Shown here: positions 9,925 to 22,768 of the stretch, piece after piece
Layout of the letters: every line of letters starts with the position of its first letter
Numbering within the stretch: position 1 is the first letter of the stretch
Assembly (NCBI GenBank): GCA_963921275.4
Contig: OZ001293.3
Coordinates: forward strand, 6,336,001 to 6,400,000
Reading direction: 5' to 3'
DNA: 64,000 nt
Source of the DNA: an uncultured Hormoscilla sp.
Lineage (GTDB): Bacteria > Cyanobacteriota > Cyanobacteriia > Cyanobacteriales > Desertifilaceae
The notes under the pieces: generated by a model
Told to the model about the DNA's origin: nothing
The model's database searches: none
Seen by the model: only the letters and a program-made list of their open reading frames with translations
Made by a program: the position numbers and the translations under genes

Positions 9925-10403
9925 ATGAAAACAATTACTTTGGACAACCAGGCTATTGGGCTAGTCGAAGCAGTTCCCGAACTGCGATCTTCGATGCACT
10001 GTGCTAATCGCACTACCCCATGCGCTGCGCGCACGCTACGCGGACGCGCATCGACCTATGAAGCAGAACTAGAGTGATGGGGTGACGAACAACCAGGAGT
10101 ACACATTATCCTTGGCGATCTGTTCAACCCATACTTAATCTCTCTGTTAGAATCAGATAATCAACCCGAAAGGCTCAAGCCAGTCTTTAATTTTCTAGAA
10201 GAATTAGCAAACCACGAAGATGTTCGAGTACAAGAAGTGGTAGCGGTGACCGTGTGCGAACGTTTAGGAGATCGAGCAGAATGATTAGCAAAGGCGCGTC
10301 AGTACATGGGTAAGACAACCCTGAACTTTTCTCAAGAAATGGAAGCATTTTGGGGTCGTGATGCAAAAACACTCACGAGAAACGCGGTTTCTGAGAATAC
10401 TTA
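9925..10403 (+). pseudogene. Small helical hypothetical protein with in-frame stops and a hairpin-repeat insertion
   Basis: MKTITLD...AVPELR[insert]YEAELE*WGDEQPG...FLEELA...VCERLGD..*; hairpin element at ~9991-10054. Confidence 0.6.
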
Positions 10404-10507
10404 ACCGATGTCCTAGAAATCACCCGGCTGTATAATCGTCATATAATCCCTCATCTGCGGGTGCTTTCCGAAATTGTGAATTTTGCATTTTGCATTTGGA
10501 ATTGCTT

Positions 10508-10942
10508 ATGAATTACCGTAAATTTACGATCGCCCTGTTTCTGTTAGCTGCCAGTCTGGCGCCCATTTCCTGCGGCCAAAACCCAGGAGGAAGCTCAGTA
10601 GATAAGTTAACAGACTACTATCGTAACGATACTCCCGTAAAAGGGACGACTTTTTCTCCCTTGATGCCCGGATCCCTGTGGCGTGTAGTTGCGTCCCAGT
10701 TAAACTGCTATACCGACCCTCAAGCTGACAGCAAGATTATCATCACCCAGTTTAGTCGCAATGATACCATTCAGGCAGAAGTCTGGCGCGGCGGTGCTGA
10801 TGAAGTGCTTGTCAACGAACTAGACAGTGAAGGTAAACCCTGGATGCATATTAGGGGAGGACGGAATATCGACAGTCCGGCGGACCTGACCAGATGTTAT
10901 GTCAGAGCTAATAGCCGTTATATTCAACCCGTAAAAAATTGA
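10508..10942 (+). CDS. Hypothetical lipoprotein
   Basis: Signal peptide ending LAPISC; conserved-looking C-terminal CYVRANSRYIQP. Confidence 0.7.
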   Translation: MNYRKFTIALFLLAASLAPISCGQNPGGSSVDKLTDYYRNDTPVKGTTFSPLMPGSLWRVVASQLNCYTDPQADSKIIITQFSRNDTIQAEVWRGGADEVLVNELDSEGKPWMHIRGGRNIDSPADLTRCYVRANSRYIQPVKN

Positions 10943-11269
10943 CTCGTCGATGCGCGTCCGCGTAGCGTGCGCGCAGCGCATGGGGTAGTGCGAGTAGCGC
11001 GACACCCCGACGGCATCGAAGGCCACCATCGATCGCCCCGCTTTGGGCGATCGGAAAATTAGTCGGTTACTCAAGACAGATCCAACTCCATCTCATTGCT
11101 GTTCGATGTCTTCGGGATGCTTCGCAAAAACCCCTCAGACATCGCGGAGAAATTCAGCCCTTTGTAGACTGGTTTTCCCAGTGGCGAGGCATATAAAACA
11201 ACTCGCGTACAGTCGATTGCTTTCTGTCATCATGATTAAATCACTGGACGATCACACTTCAACGATCGA

Positions 11270-11388
11270 TCGAAGTAAAGGTTTCCCAGATGGTTGCCCG
11301 GTCTCGATCGGCCACCACCCCCATCTTCCGCACATACATACTGACCATTAAACGCTTGCAGGGCAATCTGGCGATTAGTTTCACTCAT
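11270..11388 (-). pseudogene. Fascin-like (beta-trefoil) domain fragment
   Basis: MSETNRQIALQAFNGQYVCAEDGGG followed by an out-of-frame WETF. Confidence 0.5.
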
Positions 11389-11598
11389 CTTCACTCCCCA
11401 ACTGCTTGACTTGTTTAGATAGAGCCGTTTTCTCTATTTTTTTATGCTAACACAGTCTTTATGTTATTGTCAATATCTTGCCAATTGAGAATTGTCAATT
11501 GATAATGTGGTTAGTCCTTAGTGGTTAATGGTTAATGGACAACTGACAACTAACAACCTCCGGGCAGGCGATCCGCCCTACGCAACTGACAATTATTC

Positions 11599-14460
11599 TC
11601 ATTTTTTGGCTTGAATGGGAAGCTCAATGGTAAAAGTCGTTGCTCCAGGTTGAGAGGTACAGTAGAGGTGGCCATTGTGTTTTTCTGTAACAATTTGATA
11701 GCTAATGGATAATCCCAATCCCTTGCCTTTCCCGATCGCCTTAGTGGTGAAAAAAGGATCGAACAGTTTAGTAATGATTGCTGGGCTAATTCCCGGTCCA
11801 TTATCGGTGATGCTAATGGTGACGCTTTCCGATTTTTCCGGAACGGTGTGAGTTTACGTCTGAATGCGAATGCTACTGGGGTCTTGCTGCATGAGTACCG
11901 TTCCGGAAAAATCGGGAGTGCGATCATGATCGCGTTCTTCTAAGGCATCAATAGCATTAGCAATAATATTCAGAAACACCTGATTGAGTTGTCCCGCATA
12001 GCATTGGATCCGAGGTAAGGGGCTGTATTCTTTAATGACGGCAATCTCGGGTCGCCAATCAGTCGCCCGCAAGCGAGATTGCAGAATCATTAAAGCACTA
12101 TCGATGCCTTCGTGCAAGTTGACTTCTTTAACATCCGCTTCGTCAAGACGGGAGAAATTCCGCAGGGATTTAAAGATTTCGCGAATGCGTTCCGTGCCGA
12201 CGCGCATGGAGTTAAACAGCTTGTTCAAGTCTTGCTTGAGAAAATCCAGCTCGAGCGCTTCTATTCGATCGGCAATTTCGGCATGAGGTTCGGGATAGTG
12301 AAGCTGGTAAAGATCGAGCAATTCCATTAACTCTCTCATATATTCCTCCCCATGAAAGAGGTTGCCGTGAATGAAGCTGACCGGATTGTTAATTTCGTGG
12401 GCCACTCCCGCCACCATTTGCCCTAAACTAGACATTTTCTCGCTCTGGATCAGTTGAGTTTGGGTGCGCTGCAATTGGCGCAGGGTTTGTTCGAGTTCCT
12501 TCGCCCTGGCCTGACTTTGGGCCAGGATATTCCCTTGGTTGAGGGCGATCGCTAATTGAGCGATCGCCGCTTCTAAGAGTTCGACTTCATCATCTTTCCA
12601 AGGTCGGACCTCGTGAGCGTGAATGCAGGCAATAAGTCCATAACGTCTGCCCGCATTATCCCAAACCGGCAGCACCAGCATGGAGCGATTGCCTAAAGCG
12701 GTAACAAAATCCCGGACTTCTCGATCTTCAATCTGGGCGACCTCATCGAGGCGCAGGGTTTGTTGACTCAGTAAAACCTCAGACAGGGGGCCAAAGTCAC
12801 TCGTGCGGTGTCGTCCGATAAAGCTGGGCAAGTCAGTCGCCTGCACTTCCGCAACGACATCCCAATAGCAGTCAGAAGCTTCCTCAACATACCAAGCGAA
12901 GTGACAGCGGTCCACTTTCAGGAAATCCTGAATTTCCCGCACGGTCGTATTGATAATTTGGTTGAAATCGAGGGAATTACGAATTTGCTGAGTCAGTTGG
13001 TGAAGGAGTTGTAAGCGTCGGGCCTGCTGAGAAATCAGTTTTGAAGATTGGCACAGGGCCACCTCTTGGCCCTTGCGATCGCTAATGTCGAGAATTAACC
13101 CATCCCAGATAATGGTACCATCCTCTTGTAGTTCTGGTCGCCCAATCGCCTGTACCCATTTCCAGGCTCCCGAAGGGGTAATGATGCGATGTTCGTGTTC
13201 GAAGCGTCCGAGCGATCGGGCCGATGCTGCAATTGCGGCGTTCAGGGAAGCAATATCCGAGCCATGAACGAGGTCAAAGCATTGGATAAAATTGTTCGGT
13301 TCCAGTTCGTAGATATCACGACAGCCTTCCGAGACATAGGGGAAGCATCTGGTTCCATCGGGGTTGAGGCGAAACTCAAAGATTACCACCACCACAATAG
13401 CTGCTAATCGTTGCAAGCGAGATTCGCTGGCCCGGAGTTCTCGGGTTCTCTCCTCGACTCTTTGTTCCAGTTCCTCCTTCAGTTGCCAAAGGGCTACTTC
13501 TGCTTGTTTGCGTTGGGTAATATCCCGACAAATACATATTATAGTCCCGTCTTCCGTTATGGTTAAAGAAAGTTCTTCAAAGAATTTGCTGCCATCTTTG
13601 CGTTTGGCCGTTGCTTCCCCCCGCCAAGACCCCTGCTGCATTAAAATCGGCCTGATTTCGCTCTCAAAGCGAGCGATCTCCTCGGCATCGTAAAGAATTT
13701 GCCAGCTTTTCCCCAGTAGTTCTTCCGGAGAATCGTAGCCGAACATTTGGGCGTGAGCTTGATTCAGATAGATATACCCCTCCTGGGTCAAAATGGCAAT
13801 TCCATCCGTGGTAGCAGCCATCGCGATCGCCTGTTGCTTTAATTTTTCTGCCGTTTTCACCCGCTCCGTAATATCAGCAAAGATTCCCAACATGCCGAGC
13901 GCATTTCCCTCACCATCCTTAATAGTAATTTTATTCATTTCCCACCAATGCTTGCTGCCATCAGCCTCTTCTTGAGCTTCGATGATTTTCAGATCCTTGT
14001 CCTCCAAGCGATCGCCTTCCCGAAACCAGTCTTCGATGTCTCCGGAGTAGTGCGAGTTCGGTGTCCCCCGGGTAGTGCGAATAGCGCTCCCGGGTGACAC
14101 CGAAAGCTCTCCGGAGACATCGAACTCTTCTCCTTTCCCAGCTAAATCTTCGTCGCTTTTTCCCCTAATTTCTGCCGCTGATTTCAATCCTGCCATCTTC
14201 GCAAAATTATGATTGCAACCTAAATAAATATTATCGCTATTTTTCCAAGATAAGGCCGCTGGCATATTGTCGAGCGCGAGGCGCAAAAAATGTTCCGATT
14301 CACAACATTCAGAGAGCATTTTGGCTAGAGCTTCCCTAGCCTCTTCTTGTTTTCTATACTCTTGCTCAAAATCTTTGTGAGACTGCTCTAACTGCTTTTG
14401 CAAGTTTTGGTTAACAGCCTCAAGTTCGGCAATTCTTTTTTTCCTGTTTTTTTTTGACAT
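11599..14460 (-). pseudogene. PAS/PAS/PAS-GAF sensor histidine kinase with an in-frame TAA inside the HATPase domain
   Basis: H-box AGVAHEINNP, N-box LNQVFLNIIANAIDA; TAA at 11854-11856, after which the same frame continues DNGPGI...DPFFTTK..GKG.GLGL to a stop at 11599. Confidence 0.88.
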
Positions 14461-14699
14461 CTGTTTCTACCACGGACCCAATGAGATTAGCTTTGAGGAT
14501 TTTCTAGAGCCCCAGTCCCTTAAAAACACTTGACAAACTGAATCATCTGTGTTACTTAAAATTTATTCGACGCTCCCTCTCATCATTTTAGCTAAAATTT
14601 GTCATCCTGGACCGACTAGGTAAGGGGTAGAGCGATCGCAAAGGACGTCCCTTTTCCCAATTGGGAATTACAGATTATACTGCCACCATGTTTTTCTAC

Positions 14700-15480
14700 C
14701 ACAATCTGACGGGCGATCGCCATTCCCAACCTAGTACCTTTACCTACTCTTTTGGTAGTAAATCCTGGCGATGCGTTGTTTCACCTCTGGGGGCATCCCC
14801 GTGCCATTATCGGCAATTTTGACAACAACCCGATCGCCCTCAAGTCCGGTTTGAATCGTAATGCGATTGGGGGAAGCAGCAATATCGGAAAAACTGCGTC
14901 CCGCTTGCTTCCAAAGCATCGATCGCATTGGCCAGCAAATTCATAAACACCTGGTTGAGCTGTCCGGGAAAGCCGTTTACTTCCGGCAATTCTCCGCCGG
15001 AAGACTTGAGTTCCCTTTGAGGCGATGTTTGAGAATCAGTAAGGTACTCTCAATCCCCTCATGAAGATGGAAGGAAACTCGATTTTCATTGTCAGTTCTC
15101 GAAAAATTACTCAGACTGGTGCTGATATTTTTAATCCGATCGCATCCTACAGGCATCGAGGAAATCATTTTCGGTAAATCTGCCAAGAGATAGTCAAGTT
15201 CGATTGACTCTGCATGTGATGCAATTTCCTGGGAATCGGCTTGTTCTCGATCTAAGTTCAGATGTGCGATTAAATCTTGTAGACTCTGTTGAGCTTCATA
15301 TAAATTCCCTGAAATAAATCCCACAGGATGTTTCGTGAGCGACTCCAGCAACCCAATTACCTAAAGCTGACATTTTTCGCTTTGCGTGCAATTGGGCCTT
15401 TTTGAGATCATTAATAGAATCCTGCAATGCTTGATTAGAGACTTGCAATGCTTGAAAAAGGCGTTGATTTTATAGGGATA
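14700..15480 (-). pseudogene. Fragmented histidine kinase (HisKA/HATPase remnant)
   Basis: Pieces QSEKMSALG, LHEGIESTLLILKHRLK, QLNQVFMNLLANAIDA, DNGTGM and GTRLG in different frames. Confidence 0.85.
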
Positions 15481-15911
15481 TTTCCGTTTCTCTGCTTAAA
15501 ATTTATAGAGTTTCATCCCGACGAGAAGCATAGCTACTTCTCTTCCTCTTAATTATAGGTCCGCGTCCCTTATTCTTAATGCTACTAACTATCTTCTTAA
15601 TGAAATCAAGCATCTGCTTTACTCCTTTTTCCCGGGAGCATCTCAATTTTGTCATCAAGCCCGCGCAGGCGGGCTTTGTAAGTCTAGCCCCACCCTTTAG
15701 GGTGAGGGCGGGATAGCTCTAGAGATTCGCGCTGCCTAATCATCGGTGGATGGTGATGATTTGGGACTGCTTCCATATACTTGGCTACAATCTAGCAGCA
15801 GTAGCCCCATGATATCAACCTGCTTTCCTGAAATTTACATCGGTACAAGGGGAGCGATCGCCCCGGTCGCGGGGTAGGCGATCGCCCCGGTAAAGTAACC
15901 TCAAGAGACCT

Positions 15912-17608
<1,697 letters not shown>

Positions 17609-17774
17609 TTCTTCTCACTTGTAAATGGACTTGTTGATTTTGTCAATCCCAAGGGAAAGTATACCATACTTCCATCTGAACGGGCGAAGTATGGCTTCCC
17701 AGAATTCATGCTAATACGACATTGCCATTGAGTTTTGTCACATCCTCTACTAACCTTGGTCAAACCACAATAGA

Positions 17775-17805
17775 GTAGCAAGCACTTTAGTGCTTACTAC
17801 GAACG
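17775..17805. repeat. Palindromic CGTTCGTAGTAAGCAC repeat family
   Basis: Inverted copy here; two tandem copies at ~25038-25095. Confidence 0.65.
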
Positions 17806-17832
17806 GCGCGGTTTGTCGGCATCAACCTACGA

Positions 17833-18812
<980 letters not shown>

Positions 18813-18871
18813 AATTTTCTTCTCGCGATTTTCTACTTGCAGCGAGAATAGTTTATAGCCGATCGGCAACA

Positions 18872-18897
18872 AAGAAGCACCCGGAATAGGTGCTTCT
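18872..18897 (-). terminator. Hairpin terminator after rpmA
   Basis: AGAAGCACC / GGTGCTTCT stem with a short U-tract on the minus strand. Confidence 0.6.
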
Positions 18898-18943
18898 ACA
18901 AGTTTCGTTACATTTTCGGTCCACCAACCACAGTGCTACTCAG

Positions 18944-19213
18944 TTAAGATGCGTCTGCTGCCACAGGATAAATACTCACCTGCTTGCGGCTTTTTCTCTT
19001 GCGCTCAAAGGTCACAACCCCATCGATCAGGGCGAACAGAGTGTCATCCGAACCGATACCGACATTGTTACCTGGGTGAAACTTGGTGCCGCGCTGACGC
19101 ACCAATATATTACCAGCCTTGACCACTTGACCGCCATAGCGTTTAACGCCCAAGCGTTGAGCATTCGAGTCCCGTCCGTTACGAGTACTACCCGTTCCTT
19201 TCTTGTGAGCCAT
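18944..19213 (-). CDS. rpmA: 50S ribosomal protein L27
   Basis: [16 protein letters not shown]...[10 protein letters not shown]. Confidence 0.99.
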   Translation of the reverse strand: MAHKKGTGSTRNGRDSNAQRLGVKRYGGQVVKAGNILVRQRGTKFHPGNNVGIGSDDTLFALIDGVVTFERKRKSRKQVSIYPVAADAS

Positions 19214-19371
19214 GATTTTCCTCCCATATTCTTACATTCACATCTTACAAGCCCTGTAACCTGGTGTCGTGGCTGAGCCACGGCACCAGGTTTGGGAGTT
19301 ACCCCGCCTCAAGTATCACTTGACATGGGTGATAATGTATTAGATCGCGTCATGTCAATTGATACTTGTCA

Positions 19372-19950
19372 TTATTGTTCCTGAGTTTCAGCCTCTGCTG
19401 TTTCCGCTAGTGCCTCAGTCCCTGGATCTGCTGGTGTCTCAGCCCCTGGATCTGCTAGTGTCTCAACTGCTGCTTCAGTGGGTGTTGAGGCTACTTCAGT
19501 TGATGCCACTTCTACTGTAGTTTCCGCTGGTGCTGACTCTGGTACTGACTCTGGTGCTGACTCTGGTGCTGGATGCAGTATTTTTTCAGCTATTACTACC
19601 TCAGCTGTCGTTTCCGCTGATGCTAGTACTGTACCATTGAGATTAATCGAGTCAATCATCAGCCGCGTAATTTCCTGGCGATGTCCCCGCTTCTTGCGAG
19701 TTTTCTTTTTCGGGCGCATCTTATAAACCAGAACTTTACGCCCTCGGAACTGTCGCAGCACCGTGCCTTCCACCGTTGCGCCTGCTACTAGGGGCTGACC
19801 GATATGCACGTCCCCATTATGCTGCACAAACAAGACTTTGTCGATCGAGACCTTCTCTTCTGCTTCCACTGGCAGCCGTTCGATATCGTAAAAGCGACCA
19901 GCTTCTACGCGCAGCTGTTTGCCGCCAGTTTCGATGATTGCGTAACTCAT
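19372..19950 (-). CDS. rplU: 50S ribosomal protein L21 with an acidic repetitive C-terminal extension
   Basis: MSYAIIETGGKQ...KKRGHRQ; tail with PESA, VAST and ADPG repeats. Confidence 0.98.
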   Translation of the reverse strand: MSYAIIETGGKQLRVEAGRFYDIERLPVEAEEKVSIDKVLFVQHNGDVHIGQPLVAGATVEGTVLRQFRGRKVLVYKMRPKKKTRKKRGHRQEITRLMIDSINLNGTVLASAETTAEVVIAEKILHPAPESAPESVPESAPAETTVEVASTEVASTPTEAAVETLADPGAETPADPGTEALAETAEAETQEQ

Positions 19951-20182
19951 GCAATTGTCTCCTAAAGGATGCCGTACAGGTAGCTGGGCTTTGAAGGCCC
20001 CAGCTTTTAGAACTTCTCAACCTGATCCGAGCAGGTAAGAGTAGACAATCTGTTATTATTACTCATGGTTGCCTACTCTGTCAAGCTTGTGACCAGCGAA
20101 CAGGTATCAGGCCCACCAGCCTAGGGCGGATCGCCTGCCAGTGGTTAGAAGATCGACCTGTCCGGATGAAAACAAATCGCTA

Positions 20183-21958
20183 CTAAAACTGATTGTCATC
20201 ATCATCCAATCCGGGTCCGGGCATGGGCTTGACAGGCTTTTTATGCAGTTGACGCAACCATAACCAACCTACCACAGCCACGCTCAGAGACACCCAACCC
20301 GTCCCTGACTGAAGTAATAAAAAGCCACCTGTCGCAAACATCGCACCAAATAATAGTAAGATCGCAGCTAAGACCTTTGTCATGTCATTAGCCAAGTCTT
20401 GGACTGGTAACAAACCAGTGCGTTGCTGCTGACGCCGCCAGCCCGGACCACCCGGACGCACCAACCGATAGAAATTATCCAAAGTTTCGTCGGACTCTGG
20501 AGGCGTCAATAGCATGACCGTCACCCAGAGAATGGCAGAAATGCCAGAAGTTACCATCAGACGTAAACCAAAGTCAGAAATTGTCAGCACGGGCACTACA
20601 CTGGTAGTTAACCCGACTACAAATCCTCCAGTCATAGTCGCCAGTTCCGCCCCAGCATTGATTCGCCACCAGAACCAGCGCAGAATTAACACTAACCCAG
20701 GTCCAGTGCCAATGGCAATCACCAAGCGAAACACGGTAGCGACATCTTGGGCGAAAAAGGCAGCCACAGCACCTAAGACTGTGACTAGAATAGAAGATAC
20801 TCGTCCCACAAATACCAGGGAGTTCTGACTGGCATCGGGGTTAACAAAGCGTAGATATAGATCGTTGGTCAGATAAGAAGCACCCCAGTTAATAGAAGTA
20901 GAGACAGTACTCATAAAAGCGGCCAACAGGGAAGCAACTACCAAACCCAGCATGACAGGTGGGAGAAAGTCAAGCATCAGTTTGGGATAACCCAACTCTT
21001 TATCTGCTAAGTCGGGATAGATGACAATGGCCACCAAGGCCACCAGGATCCAGGGCCAGGTACGGACAATATAATGGAGGATATTGAAAAACCAAGCCGC
21101 TTTTTCAGCTTCTGCTTCGTCCTTGGCAGCGATCAGGCGCTGAATGAACTCCCCACCGCCATCACTGCGGCGAAAGGCCCACCACTGGATAAAGATATAG
21201 GCCAAAAATGTACTGGCAGTAATGCCAGCAGTTTGACTATCCAGGGGAAAGAAGGAGAGGACATCTTGGGAGGTGGTCTCCTGGACAGCAGGAAGTAACT
21301 CTCGGATGCCACCGACATGGTTAACTGCAACTATGGCAACGGCGATCGCCCCTGTCAACCCCAAGAAGAACTGGAGAAAGTCCGTAGCAACGACACCCCA
21401 AAGTCCGGAGAAACCAGCATAAACTAGCACCAAGCAGCTAACGCCGACCACACTGGCCAGCTTGACATTATCTTCGGGATTAATTCCCAGACTTTGCCAG
21501 AGTTCCAGGGCATCGACAACCTTTACCATTGCTAGCATGGCGTAACCGATGCCAATGCAGTTAATGGGTACGGCAAACAGGAACGCCTTGATGCCCCGCA
21601 GTACCGCTGCCATGTGACCACCGTAGCGAATTTCCGTTAACTGGGCATCGGTGACAACCTGGGAACGCCGCCACATGCGGGCGAAGATATAGATCATCAC
21701 CACATGGGCAACCCCAAAACTCCACCATTCCCAATTACCCGCAATGCCCCTAGTGGCCACCACGCCAGCAATGTAAAGGGGCGTGTCGATGGAAAAAGTT
21801 GTAGCGGCCATACTCGTCCCCGCTAACCACCAGGGGAGACTTCGCCCACTGACAAAGAACTCTTCTAAATTCCGGGATGCCTTGCGGGATAGGTACAGCC
21901 CCAAAGAGAGGGTCAAGATCAGGTACAGCAGCACAATTAGCCAATCGATCTGAGTCAT
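20183..21958 (-). CDS. Sodium:solute symporter family protein
   Basis: FFVSGRSLPWW, S.DTPL, GLWGVVATD, AAFMST; many TM segments. Confidence 0.93.
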   Translation of the reverse strand: MTQIDWLIVLLYLILTLSLGLYLSRKASRNLEEFFVSGRSLPWWLAGTSMAATTFSIDTPLYIAGVVATRGIAGNWEWWSFGVAHVVMIYIFARMWRRSQVVTDAQLTEIRYGGHMAAVLRGIKAFLFAVPINCIGIGYAMLAMVKVVDALELWQSLGINPEDNVKLASVVGVSCLVLVYAGFSGLWGVVATDFLQFFLGLTGAIAVAIVAVNHVGGIRELLPAVQETTSQDVLSFFPLDSQTAGITASTFLAYIFIQWWAFRRSDGGGEFIQRLIAAKDEAEAEKAAWFFNILHYIVRTWPWILVALVAIVIYPDLADKELGYPKLMLDFLPPVMLGLVVASLLAAFMSTVSTSINWGASYLTNDLYLRFVNPDASQNSLVFVGRVSSILVTVLGAVAAFFAQDVATVFRLVIAIGTGPGLVLILRWFWWRINAGAELATMTGGFVVGLTTSVVPVLTISDFGLRLMVTSGISAILWVTVMLLTPPESDETLDNFYRLVRPGGPGWRRQQQRTGLLPVQDLANDMTKVLAAILLLFGAMFATGGFLLLQSGTGWVSLSVAVVGWLWLRQLHKKPVKPMPGPGLDDDDNQF

Positions 21959-22102
21959 ATCATTAAAGATGCAAGGATTTGAGATTTCCGATTGCCGAAC
22001 TCCATGGGACTAAGTTTCCTGGGATCGGAGTGCAAACATTTTGACTGTATGATATCAGTCGTGAGTGGCCCGGAAGAATGAAACCGCCCTGCCCTGGTAG
22101 GC

Positions 22103-22207
22103 CAACGGAGAGGTTTTAAACCCCAACGTTGAGGTCCAAAACCTCTCCGTTGAGGTTTTAAACCCCAACGGAGAGGTTTTAAACCCCAACGGAGAAGTCC
22201 AAAACCT
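22103..22207. repeat. Five tandem 21-nt repeats (CAACGGAGAGGTTTTAAACCC variants)
   Basis: Exact 21-nt period, no spacers. Confidence 0.9.
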
Positions 22208-22245
22208 CAACAGTGGGACGATGGATGGCGATCGCCTTTCACCAG

Positions 22246-22596
22246 TCAGGTTTCACCAGTCACCAGCACCTCGCAGTAGCCGATCAAGGTTTGCAGGCGT
22301 GAGACTATTTGCTTTTGCCGCTGTTCTATGGTAGATAGCTGGCGGGATGCCTGGAAAAACGTCAGATCGACAGTCAACAAGCGCATTTGTTTGTGCATTT
22401 CCGTTTGTACCGACTGCCATCGCGAGACTAGGGAGGGATCGATACCATCAGCAGTCAAACTGGCCACCCGCTCCTGAAAAAACCGTTGCACTCCCTCAGA
22501 CCGATCGGAGGATACGGTCACCTGTAACTCCTCCAGGGCCTGTTTAAACTCCTGATAGCATTGGCGATGGCTGTTAGGCAACATGAGCGTCGTCAT
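22246..22596 (-). CDS. patD: PatD-family protein
   Basis: QSVQTEMHKQMRLL..DL.F.QASRQ...RL.TLIGYC; divergent from relA, the arrangement I recall for cyanobacteria. Confidence 0.8.
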   Translation of the reverse strand: MTTLMLPNSHRQCYQEFKQALEELQVTVSSDRSEGVQRFFQERVASLTADGIDPSLVSRWQSVQTEMHKQMRLLTVDLTFFQASRQLSTIEQRQKQIVSRLQTLIGYCEVLVTGET

Positions 22597-22768
22597 TATT
22601 TTTCCCGCATGTAAAGAAATTTGTATATATTGATAAAAAGGCATAAACAAAGATTACTATCTGAAATCAATTAAGTTGCTAGGCATAATTTTGATAGAGG
22701 CAACCTAATAAAAGGAAAGAGGGCAGATATTGAAGTCACTAATATAGAAACCTAATAGGACTAATAAC

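Noticed and set aside
22103..22207. CRISPR array
   Set aside because: Pure 21-nt tandem repeat without spacers
22246..22596. Evidence for heterocyst formation from patD
   Set aside because: PatD-family genes also occur in non-heterocystous cyanobacteria
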